Shown here one piece after another: positions 37,193 through 50,100 of a stretch of 64,000 bases of DNA. The stretch lies in NCBI RefSeq assembly GCF_000711695.1, contig NW_013547013.1:124001-188000 (forward strand), written 5' to 3'. Numbering within the stretch: the stretch's first letter is position 1; each line of letters opens with the position of its first letter. A program made the translations under genes and the position numbers. This DNA is from Tilletiaria anomala UBC 951. Taxonomy: Eukaryota. The notes beneath the pieces are model-generated. The model did no database searches and was not told where the DNA came from. It was given only the letters and a program-made list of their open reading frames with translations.

Positions 37193-39025
37193 ATGCGGTT
37201 CATCACAACACTGCTCATAGCAGGGTCGCTCCTGCTAACGGCCTCACGTGCACAAAACCAGGTCTACCTTCCTCCGGATGCGAACAATGGTACCATCCCA
37301 ACAGCGGCCTCGGTCCTGTCCCACCCGGCCAAGGAAACCAATACACAGTACACCAACCTGCTGGGCAATCTGCTGTGGTTCTACGAGGCACAGCGTTCAG
37401 GTGCACTACCCCTGGACAACAGAGTGCTGTGGCGCAACAGCTCCCTTACCGACGACGGCCAAGCCGTATCACACGTAGACCTGTCCGGTGGCTATTATGA
37501 TGCCGGTGACACGATCAAGGCCACCTTGCCCCTCTCTTGGACGTTGCAATCGGCAGCTTGGGGTGCTGCCGCGTTCGGACAAGGATACAATCTGACTGGA
37601 CAAGCAGAATATCTCGATGGGATGCTTCGCTGGGGGTTGGATTGGATGATCAAGGCGTCAGAAACCCCCAATGCGCTCTGGGTGTTCGTCGGCAATATGA
37701 GCGCAGATGCTGCTTACTGGGGAGGCGACCAGGGCATCCCACAGCCACGTTCTGCGTACCAAGTGACGAACACAAGTCCAGGTACAGACGTTTTTGCAGC
37801 TGCGAGCGCAGCCTTTGCTGCGGCCAGCTTCCTGTACAACGGCGGTGTTCTGCCAGTGAATGGTAGCAGCCCCAAGATCGGCGGCGGCACGTCGCCGCTC
37901 GCTTCTCTCCGCAATGAGGCGTACGCGACCACTCTGCAGAGCCATGCTGTCACCATGTGGACTCTGGCGACTACGTCGATGCCTATGCAGTTGTACCAAA
38001 AGGTGGTCCCTGAGGTCGACCAAGTGTACGCATCGACAGATTACCTTGACGACCTCGTCTTGGCTGGCCTCTGGCTTGCCATCGCTACGGGCAACCGCAC
38101 CTATTCGGACCAGGCAGTGACTTACTACACGCAGATGCTCAACAGCTCCACGCAAGTCGCATTAGGGAAACTAGGTGGAGTGCTCAATTGGGACCAGAAG
38201 CAGCCCGCCACTGCTCCCCTGTTCGTCGCAGCTGCAACACTCAACTCCGCTCTTGGCATTGACCAGAATCGATTCTCCGCAGATGCAGAGGCCTATCTTG
38301 ACCTAGTCAGCTCTGCACGCCTGCCACATACCTATATGACGCCTGCTTCGTCCAACAGCAGCGGTCTGCTCTGGTTCACCGGCGACAGCGAAGACAACTC
38401 GCTCAACCCTGCTCTTAATGCTGCCTTCCTGCTGCAGTTCTACGAGGGCTTCTGCGCGGATCCCAACAAGGCTGCGCACTATCGCGACTTTGCCGACTCC
38501 CAGCTGGACTACACGCTCGGCAAGAATCCGATGAATGCAGTGTATGTCGTCGGTCAGCATCCCAATAGCGCACAGAATCCGCATAGCGCATTCGCAAGCG
38601 GGGGCTCCGACATAGGTAGCATCGATAACGACCCTCCCGTCGAGGCTCACGTCCTCTACGGCTGTGTCGTTGGTGGCCCTAACAGCAGAAACAAGTACTT
38701 CGATCAGCGTTCAGACTACGTACAGACCGAGTGTGCGCTCGACTACAACGCGCCGATGCTCTCGCTCATTGCCGCGCGCGTACAGCAGCAGGCGTTCACC
38801 GCTGCGCCAAGCAAGAATGTTGACCCAAAGAATGGGGGGCCCTACGGCGATCCTGTGTACGTCGCGCTTGCGCCTGGCACACGTGTCAATCCGACGCGCG
38901 ATGCCCAATCGAGGAGCGGCGGAGGAGTCACCCTTGCCGGCCAGCTCGCGATCGGCATCATTGCTTCGCTCGTCTTTCTCGCAGCTTGCGGTGCCGCAGG
39001 CTGGGTTTTCAGCAACAAGGCCTAG
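37193..39025 (+). CDS. Glycoside hydrolase family 9 (endoglucanase-like), with signal peptide and C-terminal transmembrane helix; apparently intronless
   Basis: Motifs 'LWFYEAQRSG', 'DLSGGYYDAGDTIK', 'DYTLGKNP...QNPHS', 'GCVVGGP' and 'DQRSDYVQTECALDYNA'. N-terminus 'MRFITTLLIAGSLLLTASRA'; C-terminus 'LAIGIIASLVFLAACGAAGWVF'. Confidence 0.93.
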   Translation: MRFITTLLIAGSLLLTASRAQNQVYLPPDANNGTIPTAASVLSHPAKETNTQYTNLLGNLLWFYEAQRSGALPLDNRVLWRNSSLTDDGQAVSHVDLSGGYYDAGDTIKATLPLSWTLQSAAWGAAAFGQGYNLTGQAEYLDGMLRWGLDWMIKASETPNALWVFVGNMSADAAYWGGDQGIPQPRSAYQVTNTSPGTDVFAAASAAFAAASFLYNGGVLPVNGSSPKIGGGTSPLASLRNEAYATTLQSHAVTMWTLATTSMPMQLYQKVVPEVDQVYASTDYLDDLVLAGLWLAIATGNRTYSDQAVTYYTQMLNSSTQVALGKLGGVLNWDQKQPATAPLFVAAATLNSALGIDQNRFSADAEAYLDLVSSARLPHTYMTPASSNSSGLLWFTGDSEDNSLNPALNAAFLLQFYEGFCADPNKAAHYRDFADSQLDYTLGKNPMNAVYVVGQHPNSAQNPHSAFASGGSDIGSIDNDPPVEAHVLYGCVVGGPNSRNKYFDQRSDYVQTECALDYNAPMLSLIAARVQQQAFTAAPSKNVDPKNGGPYGDPVYVALAPGTRVNPTRDAQSRSGGGVTLAGQLAIGIIASLVFLAACGAAGWVFSNKA

Positions 39026-39209
39026 TCTTATCTATTTAGCACGCTTCTCTACCCTATTTTTATCAGCATGGACAATAATATTTGATCCCGTTTGGCAATC
39101 GACTCGCCCGGCGAGATCCCGCATTCGCTCGTTTATACCTGGTTTGCAACTTCTATCTACACAATGCCCCAAGGAAGGTTTAAACCACTCATGCTCATCC
39201 TTGCGATGC

Positions 39210-40725
39210 TCAGTTCCACGTTGGATCCTCATCCTCGCTCATGGTACCAGACTCTTCCTCCATCTCTTCGCGCCTGTTGCGTTCTTCCATTTGCAACTTG
39301 TAGATCTTGAACCTGCTACTGTCCACTGCAGTCGGCTGACTCGCCTGCACGAAAAGCGCATTAACGAGCCTCTGTCTTAGCTTTCCGGCGCGATTAGGCT
39401 TGAGAAGCTGTTCGATTTCGCCTTGCGCAAGGGTGTCGTTCGCTTCCTCTCCTTCTGCGTCGGTATCCGCCAAGTCTGCTGTCACGTTTTGCCGACCAGC
39501 TAGGTAATCTGCGTTGGTGGAAGCCAGGATTATGCGTCTGCATCGCGTCTCAGCCTTCTCGACCACAGCAATGTCATCTGCATCGCTCGCAGCGTCTCTA
39601 GGCACCGGCGTACTGAGCACTATCGCGTCGTTCAATATGGGGCCGAGTACCTCCTCCATCACACGTTTGTACAGCGCTTGAGCGGGAGTTCGAGCAGCTG
39701 CTGCGATGAAGGGTGAGAGTAGGTCCAGGAGAGGTAGCAACTGCTCTTCCTCCTTTGACTCATTCTTGCTACCTGCCAGCCGTGCGAGTGAATCTTTGCG
39801 CAACCCAAGTAGTATCTTGTCCAATTCATCGACGAAGACGTCGCAGATGTGGTTCTTGATGGACGTGGGAACTTTTGGGTCGGTCGAGCAGAGCGCACCA
39901 CCCTCTTTGGTCCATATCTGTGTGAAGCGATCTACCGCTGCTGCGTTCCAGTCTTCGCTGGATAAGAGGCGTAGCGATGCATTTACGAATCGTCTCATCA
40001 GGAGGTAGAATTTTGGGACCCTGTGAGGAAAGAAAAGCTCAGCCTAGCTCCAAGAACACAGCTTTATGGACACTACAGCGCGCACCTGTGCTTGTCGAGG
40101 AGAGCCCACTCTCGAACCATCGAGTCCCAGAATCCTTCAAGGAAAGCCAGCGCTGCGCGAGCACGATCGGACATTTCAGTCGCCTTTCCTTTGCCCTTGT
40201 CATTGTTCGCATTGCTGGCATCCGACGCGGACTGTGGGATCAGGAGCATCAGGTTGGAAAGCTCGTCCGCAAGCGCTTGCTGCACTAGCGGCTTGTCTGA
40301 ATGGTAGAAACCTAAATTGTATATTTTTCAAAAAGTAAGAGACTACAGCAAGCTAAGAGCAAGCCTGGCCGACAGATACTCACACTGGAAAATGCCTCTC
40401 CAGAGCTTGGCCATCTCCTTGGGCGGGATGACATTCTGTCCAGAGCGAATAAGGAAACCGGCGAGTGCCTTGATGGCTCGATCTCGTTCGCGTTTGTCTG
40501 CGATGGACCGAAGCAGCACAACATGGTGATAGCGCAGGGAAGGAGTCGATATAATCAGCTTCTTAATTTTCGCCCGACAATGTTTCTCCTTCATGTGTCG
40601 ATGTTGTGCCGGCAAGACTCACCACTGGAGGCCAATGTCTTTGCAAGTGGAATCGCAGGCTCGACATCGTTCGACGAGGATGTCGCCGCCTTCTTTTGCC
40701 GTTTCGCAGCTCGTTCCGACGACAT
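39210..40725 (-). CDS. RRP1: rRNA-processing protein Rrp1/Nop52, multi-exon
   Basis: Motifs 'PLAKTLASS|DKRERDRAIKAL', 'KLWRGIF', 'FYHSDKPLVQQALADEL', 'FWDSMVREWALLDKHR', 'KFYLLMRRFVNA' and 'HICDVFVDEL'. Confidence 0.88.
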
Positions 40726-41179
40726 GCTCGGTAGCCTCGTGAGCGTCTTACTTGCTTGCGACGAGTCCAACGGAAGTTGCGCACTGAGAAATGCCCTGTT
40801 GAATGATCAGCTCTCCTTTGAGAGCATAACGCTTGTCCATGAAGGTCGAGACAGTACAGTACCAAGAAAAGTGGCAGAAAGTTATTGGAAAGCTGCTGAG
40901 AGCGTCAGACAGGCGGGAACGGAAAAAATGTGGAAGCCTCGTTCTCGGCCGAAACGCACAGTTCCGGTGGCCTTTTCCATCAATCAACCCATCTCAGTTC
41001 TCATCTTCGTGGAAGCTCAGCTCCCTTTCTCTTAATGCTCTTAATGGCCTTCACTGCTGGTCGTCCGTCAATGTGACTGACGACTTACGTTGCTCCCAAC
41101 GCAATCGCTCTTGGCAGAAGCTGAAGTCAACGCACTCGTTGCCATTACTTGAACCCCAATTCCTCGGTTTTCCGACATC

Positions 41180-41890
41180 ATGCCCGTCCGCCTGCGTCTT
41201 GCCCGCCACGGCACTCGCAACAATCCCTTCTACCATGTCGTCGCCATCGCGGACCACAAACCGCGGGACGCTCGACCTATCGAAAAGCTAGGCGAATATG
41301 ATCCCATTCCGCGCCGGGTTCTCGCTCGCCCTGCTCCAGCATGGGCACCGCACATGGGCACCCTGGCCACCAGCAACCGGTTGCCGATCGATGCGATCAT
41401 CGGTGGGAAGGGCAAGGGAAAAGCAAAAGGGGATCCGTACGATACCGCTGGCCAGGTCATCGGCTCTGGCATCGCGCAAGAGGATGATTTTCGGCTGGAA
41501 AAACGCCTTGAGTGGAACACGAAAAGGATTCAGTACTGGCTCAGCGTAGGGGCGCAGCCGTCCAAGCCGGTAGCCAGGATGCTTGACAAGGTGAGTGTGC
41601 TTCGTCGTGGGATCATCCTTTCCAATGCGGATTCGCTGACGCTTGTAATGGCTGGACTTTCTGTATAAACTAAGGCCGGGCTTTTACCACATGGAAAGTT
41701 CTTCAGTGGTGTCTGGAAGCCGCTATCAGCACTTGATGGGTCCAAAGCAGACCCAGCACAGCTCAAGCCGAACAAGCACGAAAAAGACGTCACTGGGGAC
41801 TCCAAGCTGCCCTCCAGCGCGAGCAGTCTAAGCGCCAGCATGGGCGCAGAAAGCAAAAAGGATGGAGCTAGATTGGCGCAAGCCGCATGA
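41180..41890 (+). CDS. MRPS16: Mitochondrial ribosomal protein S16 (bS16m); intron ~41591-41673
   Basis: Motifs 'MPVRLRLARHGTRNNPFYHVV', 'RDARPIEKLGEYDPIP' and 'KRIQYWLSVGAQPSKPVARMLDK|AGLL'. Confidence 0.92.
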
Positions 41891-42026
41891 CCCTCGATAG
41901 CGCGCCTAAGCATAAGGAACAACCTCTACAGCCTCAATAATAATCAGATTTGCGTTTTACCCATGAAACAGTTCTAGCGTGAACGGGTCTCCACATGCGA
42001 TGCAATAGCTCATCAAGGGAATGACT

Positions 42027-44078
42027 TCAATCGTCTTCCTCCCCTTGTAAAGACAGCTCTGAGCTGAAGGTATCGTTATCTTGCGAATCTATCAGAGCAT
42101 TGTCTGCCAGGCCAATTGCAACGAAGCTCAGCTGTGGGAAGAAAGTGCATGTACCAGTAGTCAGATGGAGATCACTGTATGTACCATTGCAAAATGAGGC
42201 GCGTACCAGGACCATAGCGCTGCCAATGATGGCTTGTGTGCCTCCAGAATGGCTCCCGCGCAGCACGTCGCCGATAACGGCGAGCGGGATCGTCAAGCTT
42301 AGGCCGACAGTAGCGATGAGCGGACTACTTTTAAGCATAGCGAGTAGATAAGCAAAGTCGCTCGTGAACGTAATCGCCATGTTTGTCGCTACGCCTGCCC
42401 AGGTAAGCCAGTCTGAGGGCCAGGCGAAAGGCTCGAGTTTCGTCAGGTGCAGGAGGAGACCAAATGGCCAGAGAAGTGTGATGTTGAAGAGGCCGACGAA
42501 GCCAAAGAAGAGCGGCATAGAAACCCTGTCTTCAGAACCGATTTTGAGCTTGAGGAGCGTCACGTAAATGGCGTAGACTGTTAAGTCGAAATGCGCAAAT
42601 TGAAGTCAGAAACAACAGAATAATGAAGCGGAATCGATGGCGAGTGCGGCGAATTTACAAAATGCAGACGCAAGCGAGAGCAAGTCGCCGGCGATAACAT
42701 TGATCGGTGCAGCCAGGGTGCCAAGAAGAGTCGCATCATTCCCGATCTCAATCCGATCAATCAAACCAGCGTCAGCCCAAGTGACCATTGCAACACCAGT
42801 AAAACTGATGGCGACAGCAACGAGCTTGGTCCACGTGAAGCGTTCGACGGCAAAGAGTGTGCCGAGCGCAAGCGTGAAAAAGCCACTCGCGGATGACAGC
42901 GTTGTGCCTGAAGCGACGGAAGTGAGGCCCAGGCCGGCGTTCAAGCTGTAGTTCGCGAGGAACCAGACGAGGGTGAATTGCAAGGAGAGGAATGAGGTCT
43001 GCCGAAGAGTAAGCGGAGGGAGACGTGGCGAAACTGGAACTGCCGCGTCCCCGGATGATGCTGCGAGCGCAAGCTGATCCGGAAAGGTGTCGGAGCCAGC
43101 ATTGCTGCCTGCCCTGTCCTGGGACGGCCTTCGAGAGGTGTGCGAACCCGCGGCAGCGCCTCCAGAGACAGAGAGGATGGACGCGGGCCTTCGGCCATCG
43201 ATGGAAGATGGCCGCGGAGCAAAAGTCGCAGAGCGCAAGATGTCGACAGAAGAGCTGTTGCACAAAAGACGACCACGTAAGAGCGTCTCCGTCGCGGCGT
43301 GTGGTCCGAAGCCCGTCCCCGCTGCACCTTCCGTCCTGTGGCAATGCGTCACTGCTGGCGCGCACGCGTCGTCTTCTACATTGCCGTTGGTGCTTGGTAT
43401 GGATAGATATCTAAGAGATCACAGGGGAGAATATGGGGTCAGAAAATGCTGAAACCTATCATCGGGAAACGAAACACTCGCCCGCCATGTTCTGTCGGGT
43501 TGAGAGAGATCTGATATCCCTCTGGCAATCGGAAGCCCAGCTTCTCCCACCAGCGCATGACATTCTGCTCTTCGATGTCGTCTGCCCGCCTTTCTTGCCT
43601 TTTGGCGTTGTTCTTGGAAGTTGCTTTAAGGAAACAGAAGGGGATGAGGTAGAGGAAAAATGAGGATGTGTTGAAGTATGTCACAGCAAACGGCTTATGG
43701 TAGCCGTGTGTCCTGATTGGGCGAAGCGGGGACAATGTAAGCAGGTCAGCGTCATTTCCATGCGAATGAAAGCAAGTCACCAATAGCCTGAGATACTTCA
43801 TAAACGCACAGAACAGTGTTAGTCAGAAAGTTGGACCCGGTCCAGAGCAAAACTACGAGTAGCAATAGTAAGATGCCGACGAGGTAGTCGTCTTTCCGTT
43901 GTTTTTGCGCTTCGTTCTCTTCTTTGCGCCCTCCACTTCTCGAGGACCCTGGGCGAGGTTGCCGCGCGCGTGCCCGGCTGGTTTCCTCCTGCTCTCTTGC
44001 TATGATCGAGAGAAATGGGCTGTTCTCGTCGTCCTCGGCACGTCCATCTGCAGCGACGGACACGTTCGTGATGGTCAT
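42027..44078 (-). CDS. DMT/EamA superfamily transporter (SLC35F5 / Thi74-like), multi-exon
   Basis: Motifs 'VGILLLLLVVLLWTGSNFLT', 'YHKPFAVTYFNTSSFFLYL', 'WFLANYSLNAGLGLTSVASGTTLSS', 'FFGFVGLFN' and 'SSPLIATVGLSLTIPLA'. Confidence 0.85.
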
Positions 44079-47000
44079 CGTCGGTGCTCTAGCTCAGACG
44101 AGCAGAGCCAGGGCAGCGCGCGAAAGGCGTTGATGGAGGGTCAAGTGGCGGGATCAGGCATGGACTGCCACCGACACAAGCAAAGGTTTGTTGCGGTCCC
44201 GGTCATTCCATACGCTCCTACATGCCATCGTCGTCCGACACGCTGGACGTACATCGACCAACCAGTACCACTATGTACGTCAATGGATCGGCCCATAGAG
44301 GGGCGGCCAAAATTATATTAAAAAACCAAATGAGATCTCCGCGCTTTTGTGAATCCCAAACGTCACGTAATTGTGGCCATTTTGAAGCACAGCTGAAGCC
44401 CATAAAGGTGTTGAGAGGTTCTGTTGGCACTGCCCAAGTGTATATTAGTTCTGGGTTAACTAGGTTCAAGAGGCTGTGGCAACCAAATCCAGGGATACGG
44501 TACACAAGTCACCTGAATGGCGCACATTTGCATGAGCCTTGCAATTCATCAAGTCGGGTAAAAATGCCTACAATGCACTTGCGTGGGTTGAAAAATACAC
44601 AGCACGGCAACGCTATCTTCAGTGCACACAGACTCTCCTCATTCATCTCTCATTGCATCACACTTGCATGGAAGCGGAGAGGTGATTTTAAGGTATTCGA
44701 GGTGCTGTGTCTACTGGAGGATGCGGTATACGATTATAGTGTTCATGGGTCCAGATACCATCGCATATAGGTACGTATATACGAGTACACACGTGCTGAA
44801 AGCTCGTCGTCCACGAAAGTCGATTTTTCTCATGATGAATGGCTTTTCGACATGCAAAACCAGATTTCCTGCAGGTTAGGATCAAACAGGAAACACGATT
44901 TGATGTGACGGTTGGATCTCAAGTGAGTCACCGACAGGGGCCATGTGAATCGAGCCCTTGCCTGTGGCCTGCGATACCTCTGTAAAGCTCCACGATGCCA
45001 TTGGGATGATGCCTTGATGATGACTTCTTTTGATGGTGGGAGACTAGGCGAGGCCAGTGAGAGATGGCATCGAACTGTTCAACGGTCTGTACTACATGAA
45101 TCTGTTTATGTTCCTTGGCCCGTACACGTAAGGGGGAACTCTCGCCCCCGCCCGCGACCTCCTCTTCCTGTACCAGGGACCTTTCGGTCGACGAATGATG
45201 AACTCGAACTGTGGCCAGTGAAAGGTTTTCGTGCTCCTCTAGCATGCTCATCATCAAAAGCTAGCACCAGCCGTCAGGACATCCAAAGTCGAGCAACTTG
45301 AAGCAGGCTCAGAGGTTCTGGTGATAGGCAACGTCTGAAGTAATCTGTCATTGCGGTACTGCCGGGATTGGACCGTTCAATCGAATTCGATCGCCTGATT
45401 TCAAGCCTTGGACCGACCGAGACTTTTCGCTGCCATGTCGATTCTCTCACAATCCAGTCGGTCTAAGCCCAAGCAACAATCAAGATGGACATGCCACCAG
45501 TAGCTTCGGTACCAGCCATTACATGGGCGCGAGCATAAGACTTTTCTTGGGTATAATGTCGCGTGGGGCTCCTTGTTCTTGTATATTGGCGGTTGCGGGT
45601 GCAGCAGATGTGCTGTTAAACAATGTTGGGCTCTGTGCATGGCTTGGCATAGGGCTCGTGCCATCAATGGATTGCTGACATGCACCTCTTGCACTGGCGC
45701 AAGTGTGGTCTCGTAGGAGTAGGGAACATTCGGATTCATGTGCTTTCTGCACAACTTGGTGTCGGCTCTAGTGCAAGTCTGACAAGAGAGAAAGTGTAAA
45801 CCCATTTAGCAATGTGACAGGCTTTCGACGATGCTGATACTGGCTGATTATTCGGCCACTTAACAATAAGCCGGTCTGGATGATTCAGCGTGGTCAGAAG
45901 TGCACGAGAATCAGCTCGTCACTGCAAGCGGAGATAGAAACATCAAGTGGTGGGACATTGGACTAAAGCACTACAAAGTGTCGGAGAGAGTGTGAGAGCA
46001 GCCTGCTGACATGATGGTTGCAGGAACCATTTGATTCGAAATTGACATAAGCACAGGAGAGAAGTAGGTGATGATTGGAGCAACCTCAAGAAAGGGGTTC
46101 TCGCTAGTAGCAACAGGACGCGAGCATGCGAACAACGAGCCCGTCCACGCGTCGTATACTCATACGGTCTTCGAACTCGAAGGTCGCCGAAGTAATTGCC
46201 TTGACGCCCAGGTCCGTGTGGTACTGTGCCATCCTGAACAGTCAACCACACTGACAGCTATTACAGCCCATAGTGCCTGAATATATGGTTGCTCTTGGTC
46301 ACCACAAGATGGCGAGGTGCTTGCTTCATCAATAGGCGACAGCGGCGAGTGCGTATTTGACTTATGAACAGGTCGTACAGCAATACCAACCATCGCCGGA
46401 GGGCCAACATCTGCAAAGGATATAATATGAACTCGACTTGCTCTAGCCATTAAACCTCCCAGGACAATCGTTCTAGTCATTTACGCATCATTACTAGTAT
46501 GTACTGGACATTCTGTTGGACACAGACGTGTGAAGATTGACCATGGCGACCGACCGACATTGGTTCGTGTTAAACAGCCTCGAGTCGCCACGTAAACCCA
46601 CACATGATTGTTTCTCAAATTATCGCGTAAACCCGGTCGAGTTTGAATTCCTGCTATTCATTTGAGCATCAGCGCGAATCGATGGCGGCTCTTCCAGTGC
46701 CACACTTGAGAACCAATTGGCGACAAAGGATCGGGATCGCCGCCCTTTCTCTCTGGCCAGTGGCCCACCCCATCCGTCCCGTCCGCTCAGGCCTTTGCAC
46801 TTGTGCGCTGACCAGTCTCCGACCCGAAGACCGCAAGCAGGCTCTTCTGAGCACCCTGAAACAGAGCAACGGCCATCGTCCCTCGTGCCTGGAAGAGTCT
46901 GCGCGGCCGTTCACGTGTCGCGAAGAGACACGATCGCGTTCCAACAGCAGCCTAGCCAGGCCCAGCCACTGGTTCCTCCCGCTCAGCAAAGCAACACGAA

Positions 47001-47193
47001 ACCCTTTCGTCATACATCGCGTGTCACTCGCCTCGACGTGACCAAACTCGACGCGTGCCATCCAGCGTGGGGCCACATACGCGCAACGTGACCTGGGCTC
47101 GACGCTGCGCCTCAGGTCAGGCCCGCTGTCGTGCTTCTTTGTGTCGCCATCGCTAGCTTCTTGTCCACCACTCTTACATTGCACGCTGCTACC

Positions 47194-50100
47194 ATGGCCT
47201 CGCAGGTAGCCCCCGCAGGGCCCAGCGCGGGGGCCGCTAATGGCAGCGGCAGCAATAGCACCAATGGGGCCCCGGTCCCGTCAGCTGCCAATGGCCCTGG
47301 TGCCTGGGGCGCGTCAGCAAACGGGCTCTCAGCTGCTGGGCAGCCACCGCAAAAAGGATCTCTGCAGGCCATCCCAGCGCAGCTATTGCAGGTCGTGCAG
47401 AACATTGACCCTACCCAAATCAAGCAGATGATCCAGGTACGTTCACGCTCTTTGGTGTTGTCCATCATATCACAATCAGGCTGATTCTGATGCGCTTTCG
47501 CTGCCCGTCCACGACCCCAGCGAATACAAGAGTTAAGGGCAAAAGGGGAGACCGCGACTGAAGAGTACAAGCGCTTGTTCGGTATTCTCGGAGCTGTGCA
47601 GCAGTTTCAACAGCTACGATCGCAACAGGAACACGCGCGGAGACTACAAGCACAGGCGCATGTCCAGCAGCAAGGTCAGTCCGCAGCGAATGGATCTTCA
47701 GCAGCATCACAGCCGTCGGGCTCTGCTGCGCCTGGGGCGTCTCGAACAATCACAACTAGCTCTTTTGCAGTTGCCGCTGCTTCGAGTTCTGCGCCGAATG
47801 GCGCGTCCGTCGCGCCAAAGGCCGATGGCATAAGCGTCGCAAATGGTATCCACAGCGCCATTAATACTCCTGCTGCTTCGTCGCCCGCCATGAATGGGCC
47901 TTCTGCTGCACCCTCTCTCCAAGCATCAGCGGCATTCACACCCGAGCAGATGTCTGTACTGCGCTCGCAGATGCAGGCTTTCCGACTTCTCTCACGGAAT
48001 GTGCCTCTTCCACCCAACATTCAGACAGCCATCTTGGCGCCGAACAAGGCGATCGATGACCTGAAGCTTCAGATTCCCGATCTGTCCCCGCTTGGTACGG
48101 CAGGCAAGGTAGCACAAGCTGCCGCTGAGAGCCATCTCGCAGCACGTGTGGTGCAAGCGGTCAAGAACGGAGACCCAGTTGTGAATGAGGTCGGGCCGGA
48201 CGGCAGGAAGAAGGAGATCGATGCGAATGCGTTGACGAAGGTAGCTAAACCAGAGCCGCAGCACAATCCGGAGAGCAAGGTATATCCGTACAACTCGTTC
48301 GTTCACCCCTTCACTTATCTGTCCAAAGCCAGCTTGGGCCCTGGCCACTACATTGCCACGAGTCAACAGCGAATACTCGTTCCGAGCCTCATGCCGGCTG
48401 GACTCGACATTGGGCAGTTAATGGACGAACGCAACCGATTCGTCAAGGCGCGCATACATCAGCGAATCTCGGAGCTGGAGAGCATGCCGTCGACCATGAG
48501 CCAGAAGCCGCCATTGAAAGATGTGCAAGCGAGCCCAGCAGGGGCCAGCGCCGAGCGCGGTATCAAGGGAAAGCTGTTCGACAGTGCTGAGAAGCATGCG
48601 AACGCCAAAGTCAAGGCGCTTATCGAGCTGAAGTCACTCTACCTCCTCGAAAAGCAGAAAGCGCTGCGCGAGCAAGTCGTGCGCAGCATGTCGCACGCAT
48701 CGACACTTGCGCTCGACCGCACGGCTTTCCGGCGCTTCAAACGGCAGACCCTGCGTGATGCACGGATGACGGAGCAGCTTGAGCGCAAGCAGCGACTTGA
48801 TCGCGAAAAGCGGGCCAGGCAGAAGCACATCGACTATCTGAACACGATCTGCAACCATGGGCGCGATCTGATTAATGCGCATCGGGGAGCGCAGAGCGCG
48901 GCTCAGCGGCTGGGTAAGATGGTCCTCAAGCTGCATGTGGACACGGAGAGAGAGGAGCAGAAGAGGATTGAGAGGATTGCCAAGGAGCGTCTCAACGCAT
49001 TGCGAGCCGATGACGAGGAGGCTTACCTGAAGCTCATCGACACGGCCAAAGACACGCGTATCGCGCACCTGCTGCGTCAGACCGACGTTTACCTCGACAA
49101 CCTTGCCCAGGCTGTTCAAGCGCAGCAAAACGATGATGTTCATGCTGAGGCGATCGCCAATGCTCAGGCCGGCTTGCCACCTCCTGGCGAGGCTGGCACA
49201 GACGCCAATCAGCAGGTCGGGGTGCAGGTGGACGAATCCATGTTTGGAGCGACCCGTCAAGACGACCCGTCAGAGGACTCGGGCAAGGTAGACTACTACT
49301 CTGTGGCGCATCGCATCACTGAGACAGTTACGGAGCAACCGTCCATCTTGGTTGGCGGAAAGCTCAAGGTGTACCAGATCAAAGGTCTGCAGTGGATGGT
49401 GTCGCTCTTCAACAACCGCCTCAACGGTATTCTTGCCGACGAGATGGGTCTTGGCAAGACCATTCAGACGATTTCGCTAATCACCTTCCTCATCGAGGCA
49501 AAGCGCCAGCCAGCGCCATATCTCGTAATCGTGCCCCTCTCGACGCTGACCAACTGGGTTAACGAATTTGCCAAGTGGGCGCCGAGCGTTGGCGTCATCG
49601 TTTACAAGGGTTCGCCGCCTGTGCGCAAGACGTTGGCGACGCGCATCAGGCAGGGTGGCTGGCAGGTGCTGTTGACGACGTATGAGTACATTATCAAGGA
49701 CAAGCAGCTCCTCGGCAAGATCAAGTGGATTCACATGATCATCGACGAGGGTCATCGCATGAAGAATGCTGGCTCCAAGCTTTCGCTCACCCTCACCCAG
49801 TTCTACGTCACACGGTACCGTTTGCTTCTGACGGGTACACCACTGCAGAACAGCTTACCAGAACTGTGGGCGCTACTTAACTTTGTCTTGCCCAAGATCT
49901 TCAACTCAGTCAAGAGCTTCGACGAATGGTTCAATACCCCATTCGCCAATGCAGGCGGCGCAGACGGCAGCATGCAGCTGAACGAAGAAGAGCAGCTGCT
50001 GATTATTAAGCGTCTGCACAAGGTCTTGCGGCCGTTCTTGCTCCGTCGTCTCAAGCGCGACGTTGAGTCCGAACTCCCAGACAAGGTCGAAAAGGTGATC

